Source of the DNA: Clostridia bacterium
GTDB taxonomy: Bacteria > Bacillota > Clostridia > Oscillospirales > CAG-272
Direction of reading: 5' to 3'
Length of the DNA stretch: 64,000 nt
Assembly (NCBI GenBank): GCA_017472695.1
Contig: JAFUOQ010000003.1
Span: forward strand, 40,804-104,803
The translations under genes and the position numbers were made by a program. Below, piece by piece: positions 30,701-38,493 of the stretch. Below the pieces are notes generated by a model, which saw nothing but the letters and a program-made list of their open reading frames with translations, was not told where the DNA came from and ran no database searches. The first letter of the stretch is position 1, and every line of letters begins with the position of its first letter.

Positions 30701-32249
30701 TACCTGCTGCTCCCTTTCTTGCGGCAACGTTTGCCTTCTCCTCGAAGGTGTTAGAGCCACGCTCTACAAGAACGATTTTGCCCTTAACATCCATTCCTGT
30801 GTAGTCCGCATTACGACCTGCACCTGGAACTAGAACGTATTCGTATTCCTTTTCGTCCTCGCTATCGCTTAAAAGGTCCTCAACAAAGTTTCTTTCCTTT
30901 GCTGCACTATTGGTTGACTCTACAAAGTAAATGATTTGACCATTGTAAAGTATATATGGAGTTTTAACACCATTGATTGACGCAACGGACATAGCTCCCT
31001 CATATGTAGAAGGTGAGCCTACTGTTGCGGTATCTGGGTTTGATGTAAGACCTAGGTTACCATTCTTTTCAGAGCCATACGAGGATGTAAAGCTGTTTGA
31101 AGCGGCAACAACCAAGCTAATGCCTTGGTTACGAATCTTATCATAAACACCTGTCATAGCCTCCTTGTCTGACTCACGGCTGAAGCCACAAGCAGTACCG
31201 AGTGACATATTGATTACGTCAACGTCAAGAATAACACAGTCCTCAAGCGCGTCAAGAATCCAGGATGCCTTTGCAGAATCCTGTATGTCAGAGAATATTT
31301 TCATTGAAACAAGCTGTGCGTTTGGCGCAACACCTGTAATTGTATCGTCCTTACCTACAATTACACCTGATACGTGAGTACCATGGTTATTATGTAATGA
31401 ATAAACGTCTGCGTCCTGGTCTGCATAGTCGAACGAGAATGGAACCTTGTCGTTCAAATATACATCATCAACAGACAATCCGTTTAAAAGAGCTGCTGCC
31501 TTTGTCTTATTGAGCTTTAAGGCAACCATATCTCTTGTTAAGCCAAGTCTATTTCTATCGGCAGTGAAATTATCAATAGAAAATGCAGAATGAGTGTAGT
31601 CAAGACCAGTGTCTAGAACTGCAACTGTCATTCCTGTTCCGTCATATTTATAGCTTGAGCTATCAAAGATACCTGTCTCGTATACGTTAACGCTGTTTTC
31701 AACGAGTCGTGTTTCGCTTACGTTATAAACCTCACTAACTATTGCGGTAGCCTTACCCTCAAAGCTTTGGCATGCAAGCTCAAAGTCCTTTGCCTTAAGT
31801 ATGATTTCAAAGCCACTAAGGAGCACGGAATAATCTACTCCAGCCTGAAAATCAACATTATTTTCTTTGAGAAGCTCGATGATTGTCGCCTTTTCACAAG
31901 CGATATCCTCCTCGATTTCCTTTGCCTCATCAGTCAATACATACTCTGCAAAGGAGATGTCCCTATCCTTTTGATTGTATGCATCAAGAAGAGGTGAGTT
32001 GTCAAGAGTAACGATAACTGATATTTCATCATTATCCTTAACAGTAGATGGTAGTTGTTGAACAACTCCTCCATCGTAATATTGGCTAGCGTCTATGCTC
32101 ACGTTGTTTGACACGTCCTTGATGTAAGACGAATTATAAACTGACTCGTCTTGACCAAAAACAGGAAGTGCAAGTGAGAAAATAGTTGCACATAGCAATA
32201 TCAGCGATAGCATAATTGTCGTTGTTCTTGTCAGTACTTTTCTGTTCAT
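24732..32249 (-). CDS. Cell-surface S8 subtilase with PA domain, Ig-like domains and BspA-type LRR_5 repeats (2505 aa)
   Basis: Signal peptide; VLDTG, HGTHVSG and GTSMACP triad; many IGxxAFxxCxxL repeats; C-terminal TM and basic tail. Confidence 0.93.
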   Translation of the reverse strand: MNRKVLTRTTTIMLSLILLCATIFSLALPVFGQDESVYNSSYIKDVSNNVSIDASQYYDGGVVQQLPSTVKDNDEISVIVTLDNSPLLDAYNQKDRDISFAEYVLTDEAKEIEEDIACEKATIIELLKENNVDFQAGVDYSVLLSGFEIILKAKDFELACQSFEGKATAIVSEVYNVSETRLVENSVNVYETGIFDSSSYKYDGTGMTVAVLDTGLDYTHSAFSIDNFTADRNRLGLTRDMVALKLNKTKAAALLNGLSVDDVYLNDKVPFSFDYADQDADVYSLHNNHGTHVSGVIVGKDDTITGVAPNAQLVSMKIFSDIQDSAKASWILDALEDCVILDVDVINMSLGTACGFSRESDKEAMTGVYDKIRNQGISLVVAASNSFTSSYGSEKNGNLGLTSNPDTATVGSPSTYEGAMSVASINGVKTPYILYNGQIIYFVESTNSAAKERNFVEDLLSDSEDEKEYEYVLVPGAGRNADYTGMDVKGKIVLVERGSNTFEEKANVAARKGAAGIIIFNNVSGDIKMNVGTSSLAVCSISQKDGEVLAAAGSGTITVSRSQASGPFMSDFSSWGPSPSLGIKPEITAHGGNILSSITGGGYDRLSGTSMACPNLAGVTILLRQYVTENYDKIIGDGETNEYKRDVNINATVNRLMMSTADIIYNKNGLPYAVRKQGAGLANLTSATVTKAYILTHDRLTGEAMDKTKIELGDDPEKTGVYTLNFSVVNFGTTYYSYDISAYVMTEGVSDVKTHQGETTVTEEGYLLEGAGVDIKVKNGTLVGNNVTVPAGGISNVTVTITLTEENKKYIDESFENGMYVEGFVTLTPTWGTDISLNVPYLAFYGDWTQAPLFDLDYFETNADELNDNIPTLDKTLPDAYATRPIGGIEEDYVSYLGSYYFLQNPNNKVISASRDYIAISNTEGTIHSIRFIWAGMLRNASKIEVTITDDQTGEVVFETVEKDVRKSYGDGGSYLYPANVDVEFDAKEHNLKNNTKYTVKVVGYLDYENDGLETNQNNTFEFPFTTDFEAPAITGCEFYTEYDKDLEKNRLYARMAIYDNHYSMAAQIGYVDKEYNFVPFSSYMTPIYSEYNGISYVEVELTDYIFDIKNDAVNLNSIVVACYDYALNDATYEIGLPDEFEDFFFETEEVVLSPNELYNLTPDIYPETEWTELLKYHSTNENVAIVVNNKVIALNPGVTRIFATDPVDHTTTSFKLTVLSEDDEGYVEYDKPVADEFTLIGYDTIKAYYIVDSNEREIGVTGDVTIFPSKNYSITLYPSESVKLKYKLDAYFPDITSVIFESNDDSIVTISEDGTIVAVDEGYSSVSVKVLLNGKSTYYSQTVSIEVKDPYVTTAPTLTHYYGNGGVVEIPESLLLTEIGQFAFSNFDYVPKESWELDPDDPSTSKMWYIGENTITKVIIPEGVKKINPYAFANLTALEEVVLPSTMEAIEYGAFLGCVNLKKVEGLEYVQLINKDAFAYCNLEGTISLDNACAIGDYAFAENGTREDSNEDGIIDMYDRIVSYNLVGAILPEKLQSIGGYAFYHNESLTDITVNAEKVKYGPYVFAYCTSLKEIKMNANVIPEGAFLGCTSLENVVIGKDVSTIGEFAFTRTNISSFNLVEENNSFIVSENGDYVLSADGTTLLFVSPTLEGEFSLDNANVTRIGKGAFAYNSKLTSINIPSVTAVGANAFAYCTKLENITLGELTEIGDYAYFRTGITQLPSFNNIKELGAYAFAYTRITSVDIPENMVVGEGAFSECKEIKSVTIGDNAVLGLGAFMLARDNNYNTEELKRDPNYSQKVYYYELTSKLKSLTIGKNVVIGDSAFMGASKLESVTLGDGATLGAQAFYNTPCLKSIDLSKVKSIGDRAFSGDILYTYSDQGAQSVALDANGYYIYHYYSAPLTEINLSSLTFIGEDAFSNCHELTTVTLGKKLTEISANAFMNCTALTSINLENVKVIGLQAFAEAPLVLINLSSCEVVGNYAFVNCKELTTVVFGTNGAAVNEGAFAYAESLTNIENLDKVKSISAYAFAYTALTSADLSSCVSIGDWAFLKESLTDFEVTLGDALQELGDNPFAMCKLAPFSQKVEKEFNGKVYVDYNYSFDISENVIVIDGSLYQRVPLGLELITFAGTEVQNVKIADETVRISAMAFAGSDVVRVTLSEVLNSIGHKAFYDCDKLVTVIFRSYEAPVLEEEFDSAYYDSFENLPATGDYEFTDYNGNILVFEGLGIVPYYMWNVSDGKYSNAYYGASFVNQIGHGNPELVMVRPTNGLYYETFIYSQYFTTVVDGIVAKQDATLEAIEAISKLPAKLTLEDEEAVIHARKLYDIAAAINDQKALITNYSTLVSAESTILALKSLQDDDTTDGEAPDGTAPEDGTDNETNEEEKNEDSNSGLAVIIVVVSCVGAVLLVALVIAIALIVASIKTQASISVIIATFIMKRMQKRLLKKLAKQAKKMEKEQQKAIKKAEKAEKKSSKKSKKALKEDVVVEEAVTTSETNENE

Positions 32250-32817
32250 TGATTTTTTGCCTTTCTTTTATTTTGCGTGTGATATATATAATATTGTTAA
32301 CATACGGTAGTATTTTATCATAGTAGATATCAAATTTCAAGTGCAAAATTAGAATTGGAGTCTTTATTAACTAATTTTAAATGAATAAAAAATGAATATT
32401 TCTTTATTGTGATAAAACAAAAAAGTGTTAAAACGCTAAACAATATAAGGTGTTTGAAGGATTTCTACAAATTGCATTTTTTATTTATTAATTTTATAAA
32501 ATCATTTTAATCTTAAAAAAATTTACAATTTCTTAAATTTTTGCCCTCTTTTTTGGAACACGCTCTAACTTCGCAGCTAAAAAGTGCCACCCAGTGTGTA
32601 ATTTTTATTTTTTAACCAAGGGGAGTGTCTATTTTTAGAACTTCATTTTTTATATTTTTTAAAGCTTGCTTAAAATTCACTCCTTGCACTGTTTTTCAAG
32701 CAAGCAATGCAAATTTTTTTGGCAATCTTTTACATAAGATGTAAAAACCGCTATATCCCTTGACAAGATAATATTTTTATGCTAAAATTACGGGTAAGTA
32801 ATATTATATAGGACAAG

Positions 32818-33678
32818 GTGATTCAAATGACTGAAAAACAAACAAGGCTAGTTCACTTGATATATGGAATTGCTCTTTCCTTGCTCCTTGTAGCACTTGG
32901 CGTTTGCTTTGCATTATCCTGCTTGGATATCTATCAAAGCGGTGAAGCATCTCCATTCACTCCCGAGGCTATCAAGTCGCATTTTATGAGCATTTTAGTT
33001 CCTACAATTTTGTGCATTGTTGCAATCATTGGCGGTGCATGCCTACACATCTTTATGCCAGCAGAGGACAAAAAGATTCGATCCTCGGTTTCTGACAAGG
33101 TTGTTATTAGAAACCTATCCAAAAGAATAGATTTTAAGGAAGCACCTACCGCTTTAGTTAAGGTGGTCAAGAGCCAGCGTGGATTTAGACTCGCCTTTTT
33201 GATTATCACAATTTTCAATGCTATTGTAAATGCAGTTAGTGCTGCGCTTCATTTAGTATCCGCTATGGGTGATTATTATGCCCCTGATGTAAAGGTTCTT
33301 GAGTTGCCATTTGAAACAATTTTGCCAATTATTTTGACAACTCTTTCATACTCAATTATTCCTATTTTCGTTATTGCAGTTTACCTTGTTTTTGCAAGCT
33401 TCACTTATGAAAAGGAATTAGAGGCTGTGCGTGGAATTGTCGAGCATAACGCAAAAAAAGGCAACCCAGTGTCTAAAAAAGAGTCACATAATGAAAAGGC
33501 TTGTTTTTTAAAAAAGCATAGCAAGAAATTAAAAATTGCATTACAATGCATTATTTTGGTTTTATCTATTACACTCATTGCTCTTGGCGCATTGAATGTT
33601 AGCGGAAATATGAATGAATTTGATTTTGTATCTTCTCTTGCAAACAGAATTTGCACAGGCTGTATCGGTTTAGGTTAA
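32818..33678 (+). CDS. Multi-TM membrane protein ending in a CD1871A-type CxxC motif
   Basis: About 5 TM helices; C-terminus ANRICTGCIGLG. Confidence 0.8.
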   Translation: MIQMTEKQTRLVHLIYGIALSLLLVALGVCFALSCLDIYQSGEASPFTPEAIKSHFMSILVPTILCIVAIIGGACLHIFMPAEDKKIRSSVSDKVVIRNLSKRIDFKEAPTALVKVVKSQRGFRLAFLIITIFNAIVNAVSAALHLVSAMGDYYAPDVKVLELPFETILPIILTTLSYSIIPIFVIAVYLVFASFTYEKELEAVRGIVEHNAKKGNPVSKKESHNEKACFLKKHSKKLKIALQCIILVLSITLIALGALNVSGNMNEFDFVSSLANRICTGCIGLG

Positions 33679-33688
33679 GGAGGTTTAA

Positions 33689-35653
33689 ATGAAGGACACA
33701 AGAAAAAGAGTCATTTTAAATCTCGTTCCATCTGACAATGAAGGCGTATATGTACATCACACAAAGCCTCTTTATAGCGATGACGACTTGGTAAATGTCA
33801 ACATCACGGACTTCATTGAGGATGATGATTTAAGATTTAGAGATTATAACGATAGCTTTACAACAGAATTTAGAATTCCTGATGCACCACCAAAAATAGA
33901 GGACGAGGAAGCATCAGAATATGTAAAGGATGTTTCTATCGCTCACGACACTATGGTTGTAAACCTGGAAGAAGAGGAAAAGCCTACCTACAAGAACAAG
34001 CTTCTTGGTGCTCTTAAAAAGCTTATACCCTCCAAGAGAAGGCTTATTCAGCTTTATGCTGCTCTTCTCTTCAACGCCAACATCAAGGGCTACATTCAAG
34101 GAAATATGTATCAAGGAAACGACAAATTCATTTGCTCTCCTGGCATAAACTGTTACTCATGCCCTGGTGCTATCGGCTCATGTCCGCTCGGTGCTTTGCA
34201 AAACAGCATTGGCGACCACAAATATTCCTTCTATGCTTTGGGAATTATTTTCCTTTACGCACTTATGTTTGGTCGTTTTATTTGCGGTTGGCTCTGCCCA
34301 TTCGGACTTGTTCAAGATTTGTTACATAAAATAAAGACACCCAAATTAAAAAAGAGCCCCGTTACTCGCGCTCTTTCTTATTTGAAATATGTAATTTTAG
34401 TCCTGTTCGTCTTTGTTTTCGCCCCGATTGGCGTTTACCCCGCTTTCTGTAAATTTATATGTCCTGCAGGTATTTTAGAGGCGGCATTCGGTATTTTACC
34501 ACAGGATACAGAGCTATTAACACAGCTCGGTCCTTTATTCACTTGGAAATTCACTTTATTTATTTGCTTTGTTGTTATTTGTATATTTGTATACAGAGCA
34601 TTTTGTCGTTTTATTTGCCCAATGGGTGCCATTTACGGTATTTTTAATAAAATTTCATTCTTTGGAATTAAGCTTGAAAAGTCAAAGTGCACCAGCTGTG
34701 GACGTTGTATCACAAAATGTAAAATGGATATTAGACACGTTGGTGACCACGAATGTATCAGCTGCGGTGATTGTATAGACGTATGTCCTACCAAAGCAAT
34801 CTCATTCAAGGGTCCAAAGATTTTTCTCGCTCCTAACGAAATCAACATTCCAGAGCATGCATCATATGAAGAACTTGAGGCTCTCGAGCAAAAGCAACAG
34901 GAAATAAACACAAAAACAAAGAAAAGAAATAACACAATAAAAACCATTATTGGCATTATCATGGCTGTAGTACTAGCCGGAGCTCTTATTTACTATAATG
35001 TTATAAGGAACGATGAGCTTTGGAATTGGGTAGACAGCTTGCAAGCAGTTGACACTGACACAAATACAGATACCGATTCAAGCGCTGATACCGAAACAGA
35101 CACAAGCACAGACTCCGGCTCTACCGATACAGAATCAGACACAGAAACCGGCACGGAAACCGAAGCTATTCAAAAGCCACCTATTGGAAACAAGGTGGGT
35201 AACACCTGTCCCGGCAGTGAGCTACAGGTATTTGACGAGCACGGCATCTCTGCCCAAACATTTGACCCTACAAAGACTGGCAAGGTTACTGTTATCAACT
35301 TCTGGTACACGACCTGCGCCTCCTGTATTGCAGAGCTACCATATTTTGACGAGCTAGCAACCCAATACAAGGATTCAGTTGTAGTTGTTGCAGTCCACTC
35401 TACAGACCCAAGCTTTGCATCTGCTTTTGATTTTGTAAAGGCAAATTATCCAGAAACAGAAATGGTATTCGTTAAGGACACCGCCCTAGGAACTGGAAAC
35501 GATGCATACTACATGGATCTTGGTGGTAGTAAGTATAACACATATCCAATGACTGTAATCATTGATGAAGATGGTGTTATTACCTTCACAAAGCGTATAG
35601 CTATCGAAAAAGATGTTCTCTTTGACGAGGTTGAAAAGGCTTTAGGCAAGTAA
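33689..35653 (+). CDS. Membrane polyferredoxin (NapH/MauN-like) fused to a TlpA-type thioredoxin domain
   Basis: CGWLCP, CKFICP, CRFICP; CTSCGRCITKC and CISCGDCIDVCP; TM, D/T/E linker, then NFWYTTCASC and YPMTVIID. Confidence 0.9.
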   Translation: MKDTRKRVILNLVPSDNEGVYVHHTKPLYSDDDLVNVNITDFIEDDDLRFRDYNDSFTTEFRIPDAPPKIEDEEASEYVKDVSIAHDTMVVNLEEEEKPTYKNKLLGALKKLIPSKRRLIQLYAALLFNANIKGYIQGNMYQGNDKFICSPGINCYSCPGAIGSCPLGALQNSIGDHKYSFYALGIIFLYALMFGRFICGWLCPFGLVQDLLHKIKTPKLKKSPVTRALSYLKYVILVLFVFVFAPIGVYPAFCKFICPAGILEAAFGILPQDTELLTQLGPLFTWKFTLFICFVVICIFVYRAFCRFICPMGAIYGIFNKISFFGIKLEKSKCTSCGRCITKCKMDIRHVGDHECISCGDCIDVCPTKAISFKGPKIFLAPNEINIPEHASYEELEALEQKQQEINTKTKKRNNTIKTIIGIIMAVVLAGALIYYNVIRNDELWNWVDSLQAVDTDTNTDTDSSADTETDTSTDSGSTDTESDTETGTETEAIQKPPIGNKVGNTCPGSELQVFDEHGISAQTFDPTKTGKVTVINFWYTTCASCIAELPYFDELATQYKDSVVVVAVHSTDPSFASAFDFVKANYPETEMVFVKDTALGTGNDAYYMDLGGSKYNTYPMTVIIDEDGVITFTKRIAIEKDVLFDEVEKALGK

Positions 35654-35658
35654 ATAAC

Positions 35659-35688
35659 AAAACGCGGGACTTTCGTTCCGCGTTTTTT
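35659..35688 (+). terminator. Intrinsic terminator
   Basis: AAAACGCGG...CCGCGTTTTTT. Confidence 0.7.
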
Positions 35689-35856
35689 GTGTAAACGAAA
35701 AGGACAATAAATGGTGCGTAAAGGACAGTTTTTAAAAATCATAGAATACGTAACCTACCGACAGAAAAAGGACAGAAAATTTTTACGTTCTCCGTCATCT
35801 TTTTGTTTGATAATAGTGACTAAAAGTTATTTGCTTGCTTTTCGGACGGTAAAAAA

Positions 35857-35973
35857 GCCTTCTCCTGTGGGAGAAGGTGGCAGCCGCAGGCTGACGGATG
35901 AGGAGTTAGTTTGTCGTTTGATGACACCTCATCCACCGCTATCGCGGTCCCCCTTCCCCCACTGGGGAAGGCT
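35857..35973. repeat. Inverted pair of REP-like double-hairpin elements (REPIN-like)
   Basis: 35857-35903 (reverse) and 35924-35973 (forward); same architecture as the elements at 435-514 and in the 84-bp repeat. Confidence 0.8.
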
Positions 35974-36205
35974 TGATTCATACAAACCCATTTGTTTGCA
36001 AACAGACAAAAATTTGGTTGTAGTCTTTAATTAAGACTTGACAAGCACTGCATTTGCGGGCACAAATGCAAAAATACGGCATACCTCTTTCGAGATATAC
36101 CGTATTCTTGCAGAACTATCCTTTAGAGCAACGCTCTAAATCTCGTCCTTTTTGATTTTGAAATGAAACTGCTTTACGGTTGATACACCAAGGCAGCCTT
36201 TTTAT

Positions 36206-38416
36206 TTATTCTTCAACCTCTGGGGCTTTAATTGTTATATTCACCTCTCCGCTAGCGGTGGAGTCTGCCATTGAAACAAGCAAAAGAACTCTCGAATTTG
36301 TGTTTGAGCTTTGGTTTTCATTAGATGTAACAAGTACATATGATAAAACCTCGCCTGTCAAAATTTCCTTCGTTTCACCATTCACGATAATTTCAAGCTT
36401 TGCATCCTTATTGTCAATAGAGATTGTTGCACCGTTGATATCAAACATTGTGTAATATACGCTTTTTCCAGCCTCTATTATAACATTTGTTATACTGCTT
36501 GTATTTTCATCGCCATTTACAAGGAATGGATATTCTTGGCTTCCATCTCTTTCATGGTTGATGTGAACAATAAGCTCCGTTTCATCGCCAAATGGAATGT
36601 ATTCGTTTTGTGTTTCATAGCCGTCTGGGCAAATTGCCTTTATATAGTAGTCGGCACATTCTGTAATAGAAGAAAATGTGTATTGTCCGTTTGCATCGCA
36701 GGTTACTGCTGTATCCTCATTGCAAGGAATGTAGCTTCCGTTTTCTAGTATATAAAGCTTAATTTCAGCATTCGCTAAAGGCTCATTTTCAAGAAGAACC
36801 TTTACATTGTAATCCGCACTTGTTTGTGCAAAGGTCAAGGCTGCACTGATAGTAATAGCTGGTTGCTCGGTAACATTGCCATTTACCTTTTGAGATGCAA
36901 AGCAAACAACTACTGTATCGCCAGTTTTAACTGATTTTTTGTTTGGATTGCCATTAATTGTGATATAAGCATATTCTGTTTCGCTTGTTACTCTTACTGT
37001 GCCATCCTTATCAGCTACAAATGTGTAGTAAACTGCACCATTTTCTGCAACCTTAACATCAAGGATAAGACTCTCACCAATTTCATTTACATTAATTTCA
37101 TAAGGTGTTTTTCTTGAGCCTGGGAGATAAACCTTACCTGTGATATGGTCCTCACCATCGGTAGCTGTAGTTGTAAGCTTTACTGTTGCTCCACTCTTTA
37201 ATGTTACCTTAAGCTTTCCATCAACAGGCTTCTTTGTAGAGCCGTTATACACGATATTTGCGGTGGTTGAGTCAATTTCAACAACCTTGTCCTGTGAATC
37301 CGGAATAAAGAACCAAACAAAGCCACCGTTTAAAAGTGTAACATCAATTGTATCAGTTAAGAAAATTGGGCATTCTTTTGTTGTTCCTGCTATGTTGCTT
37401 GTAGCTGTGATTTCACCAGTTGTTTTTCCATCCCTTGTGAACTCAACATAGTTGGCATAGTAGCCACCCTCTACAGTTGCGACAGCAAAATAGTTACCAT
37501 TAGGAACTGCAAATTTAGCCACGCCATCGGCTGTTGTTGTTTGCTCGTCCAAGAGGTCAAGCTCTTTACTATAAAGTGACACCTTCGCGCCCTCTAGTGC
37601 ACCATTGGAATCCTTTACATTTAATGTATAGTCAATTTCTGTTTCCAGAACCGTGAATTGAACAGTCTTTTTCTTTGAGTCCTTGAAGTCGAAATACTCC
37701 TCGCCCTCAAGAGTTATAAGCTTATATGCGCCATTATTCTCACTATGCTTTGCCCTTGCATAGTATGTTCCAGGCTCAACAACAAACTCTGCTTTTCCGT
37801 CACTTTTGGTAATTACGCTCTCTACAACCTCTAGCTTGTCATTGAGAAGCTCAACCAAAATGCCAGAAAGCTTTACACCATGAAGGTCAGAAACATTTAC
37901 TATATATGTTTCATTTTGCTTAATTGTAACTGTTACTTTTGTTTTTCCTTCTGGGAATGGGATTTCCTTTTCCTCTGGCATCACATATCCATCAGGAACA
38001 CTATTCAATTGAACCTTAAATTGTGTAATTTCCTCATATTCGTATTTTACAACGCCTTCTGCGTCAGAAAACTTGGAAGGCAAGCAGAAGCCCTCCTTGC
38101 TACAAATTTGAAGGTTTACGCCCTCTACAGGCTCACCAAACTGGTTTTCTACATAAACTGTGTAAACAACCTCAACATGCTCTTGCTCTGTTTCTGTTTC
38201 GGTTTCAGTTTCTGTTTCAGTTTGGGTCTCTGTGTCGGTTTCTGTATCTGTTTCGGTTTCTGTTTCAGTATTTGTCTCGGTTTCTGTTTCAGCTTCGGTC
38301 TCTGTTTCAGTATTGGTATTTGTGTCGCCAGAGCCACCGCATGAAGCAAATACAAGAGTCACACCAACAAGTGTCATTACAAGCAAAATCGCTAGTAATT
38401 TCTTAAATTTACTCAT
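36206..38416 (-). CDS. Lipoprotein with a (TE)n linker and repeated prealbumin/Cna-B-like beta domains
   Basis: Lipobox FASC; TETE tract; repeated YxVxV...GVxVxL...DGxAxF; GS/T-xxx-P repeats. Confidence 0.85.
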   Translation of the reverse strand: MSKFKKLLAILLVMTLVGVTLVFASCGGSGDTNTNTETETEAETETETNTETETETDTETDTETQTETETETETETEQEHVEVVYTVYVENQFGEPVEGVNLQICSKEGFCLPSKFSDAEGVVKYEYEEITQFKVQLNSVPDGYVMPEEKEIPFPEGKTKVTVTIKQNETYIVNVSDLHGVKLSGILVELLNDKLEVVESVITKSDGKAEFVVEPGTYYARAKHSENNGAYKLITLEGEEYFDFKDSKKKTVQFTVLETEIDYTLNVKDSNGALEGAKVSLYSKELDLLDEQTTTADGVAKFAVPNGNYFAVATVEGGYYANYVEFTRDGKTTGEITATSNIAGTTKECPIFLTDTIDVTLLNGGFVWFFIPDSQDKVVEIDSTTANIVYNGSTKKPVDGKLKVTLKSGATVKLTTTATDGEDHITGKVYLPGSRKTPYEINVNEIGESLILDVKVAENGAVYYTFVADKDGTVRVTSETEYAYITINGNPNKKSVKTGDTVVVCFASQKVNGNVTEQPAITISAALTFAQTSADYNVKVLLENEPLANAEIKLYILENGSYIPCNEDTAVTCDANGQYTFSSITECADYYIKAICPDGYETQNEYIPFGDETELIVHINHERDGSQEYPFLVNGDENTSSITNVIIEAGKSVYYTMFDINGATISIDNKDAKLEIIVNGETKEILTGEVLSYVLVTSNENQSSNTNSRVLLLVSMADSTASGEVNITIKAPEVEE

Positions 38417-38493
38417 TTTTTCCTCCGTAATTTATATTTTAATATTTGTCGAAAACATTATATCATTTAAAATGTGTTTTTGCAACACTTTTC

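Noticed and set aside
32818-35653. Selenocysteine or alternative genetic code in the redox genes
   Set aside because: The CxxC motifs use ordinary Cys codons, TGA acts as a stop (e.g. cysS, nrdG), and tRNA-Trp has a CCA anticodon
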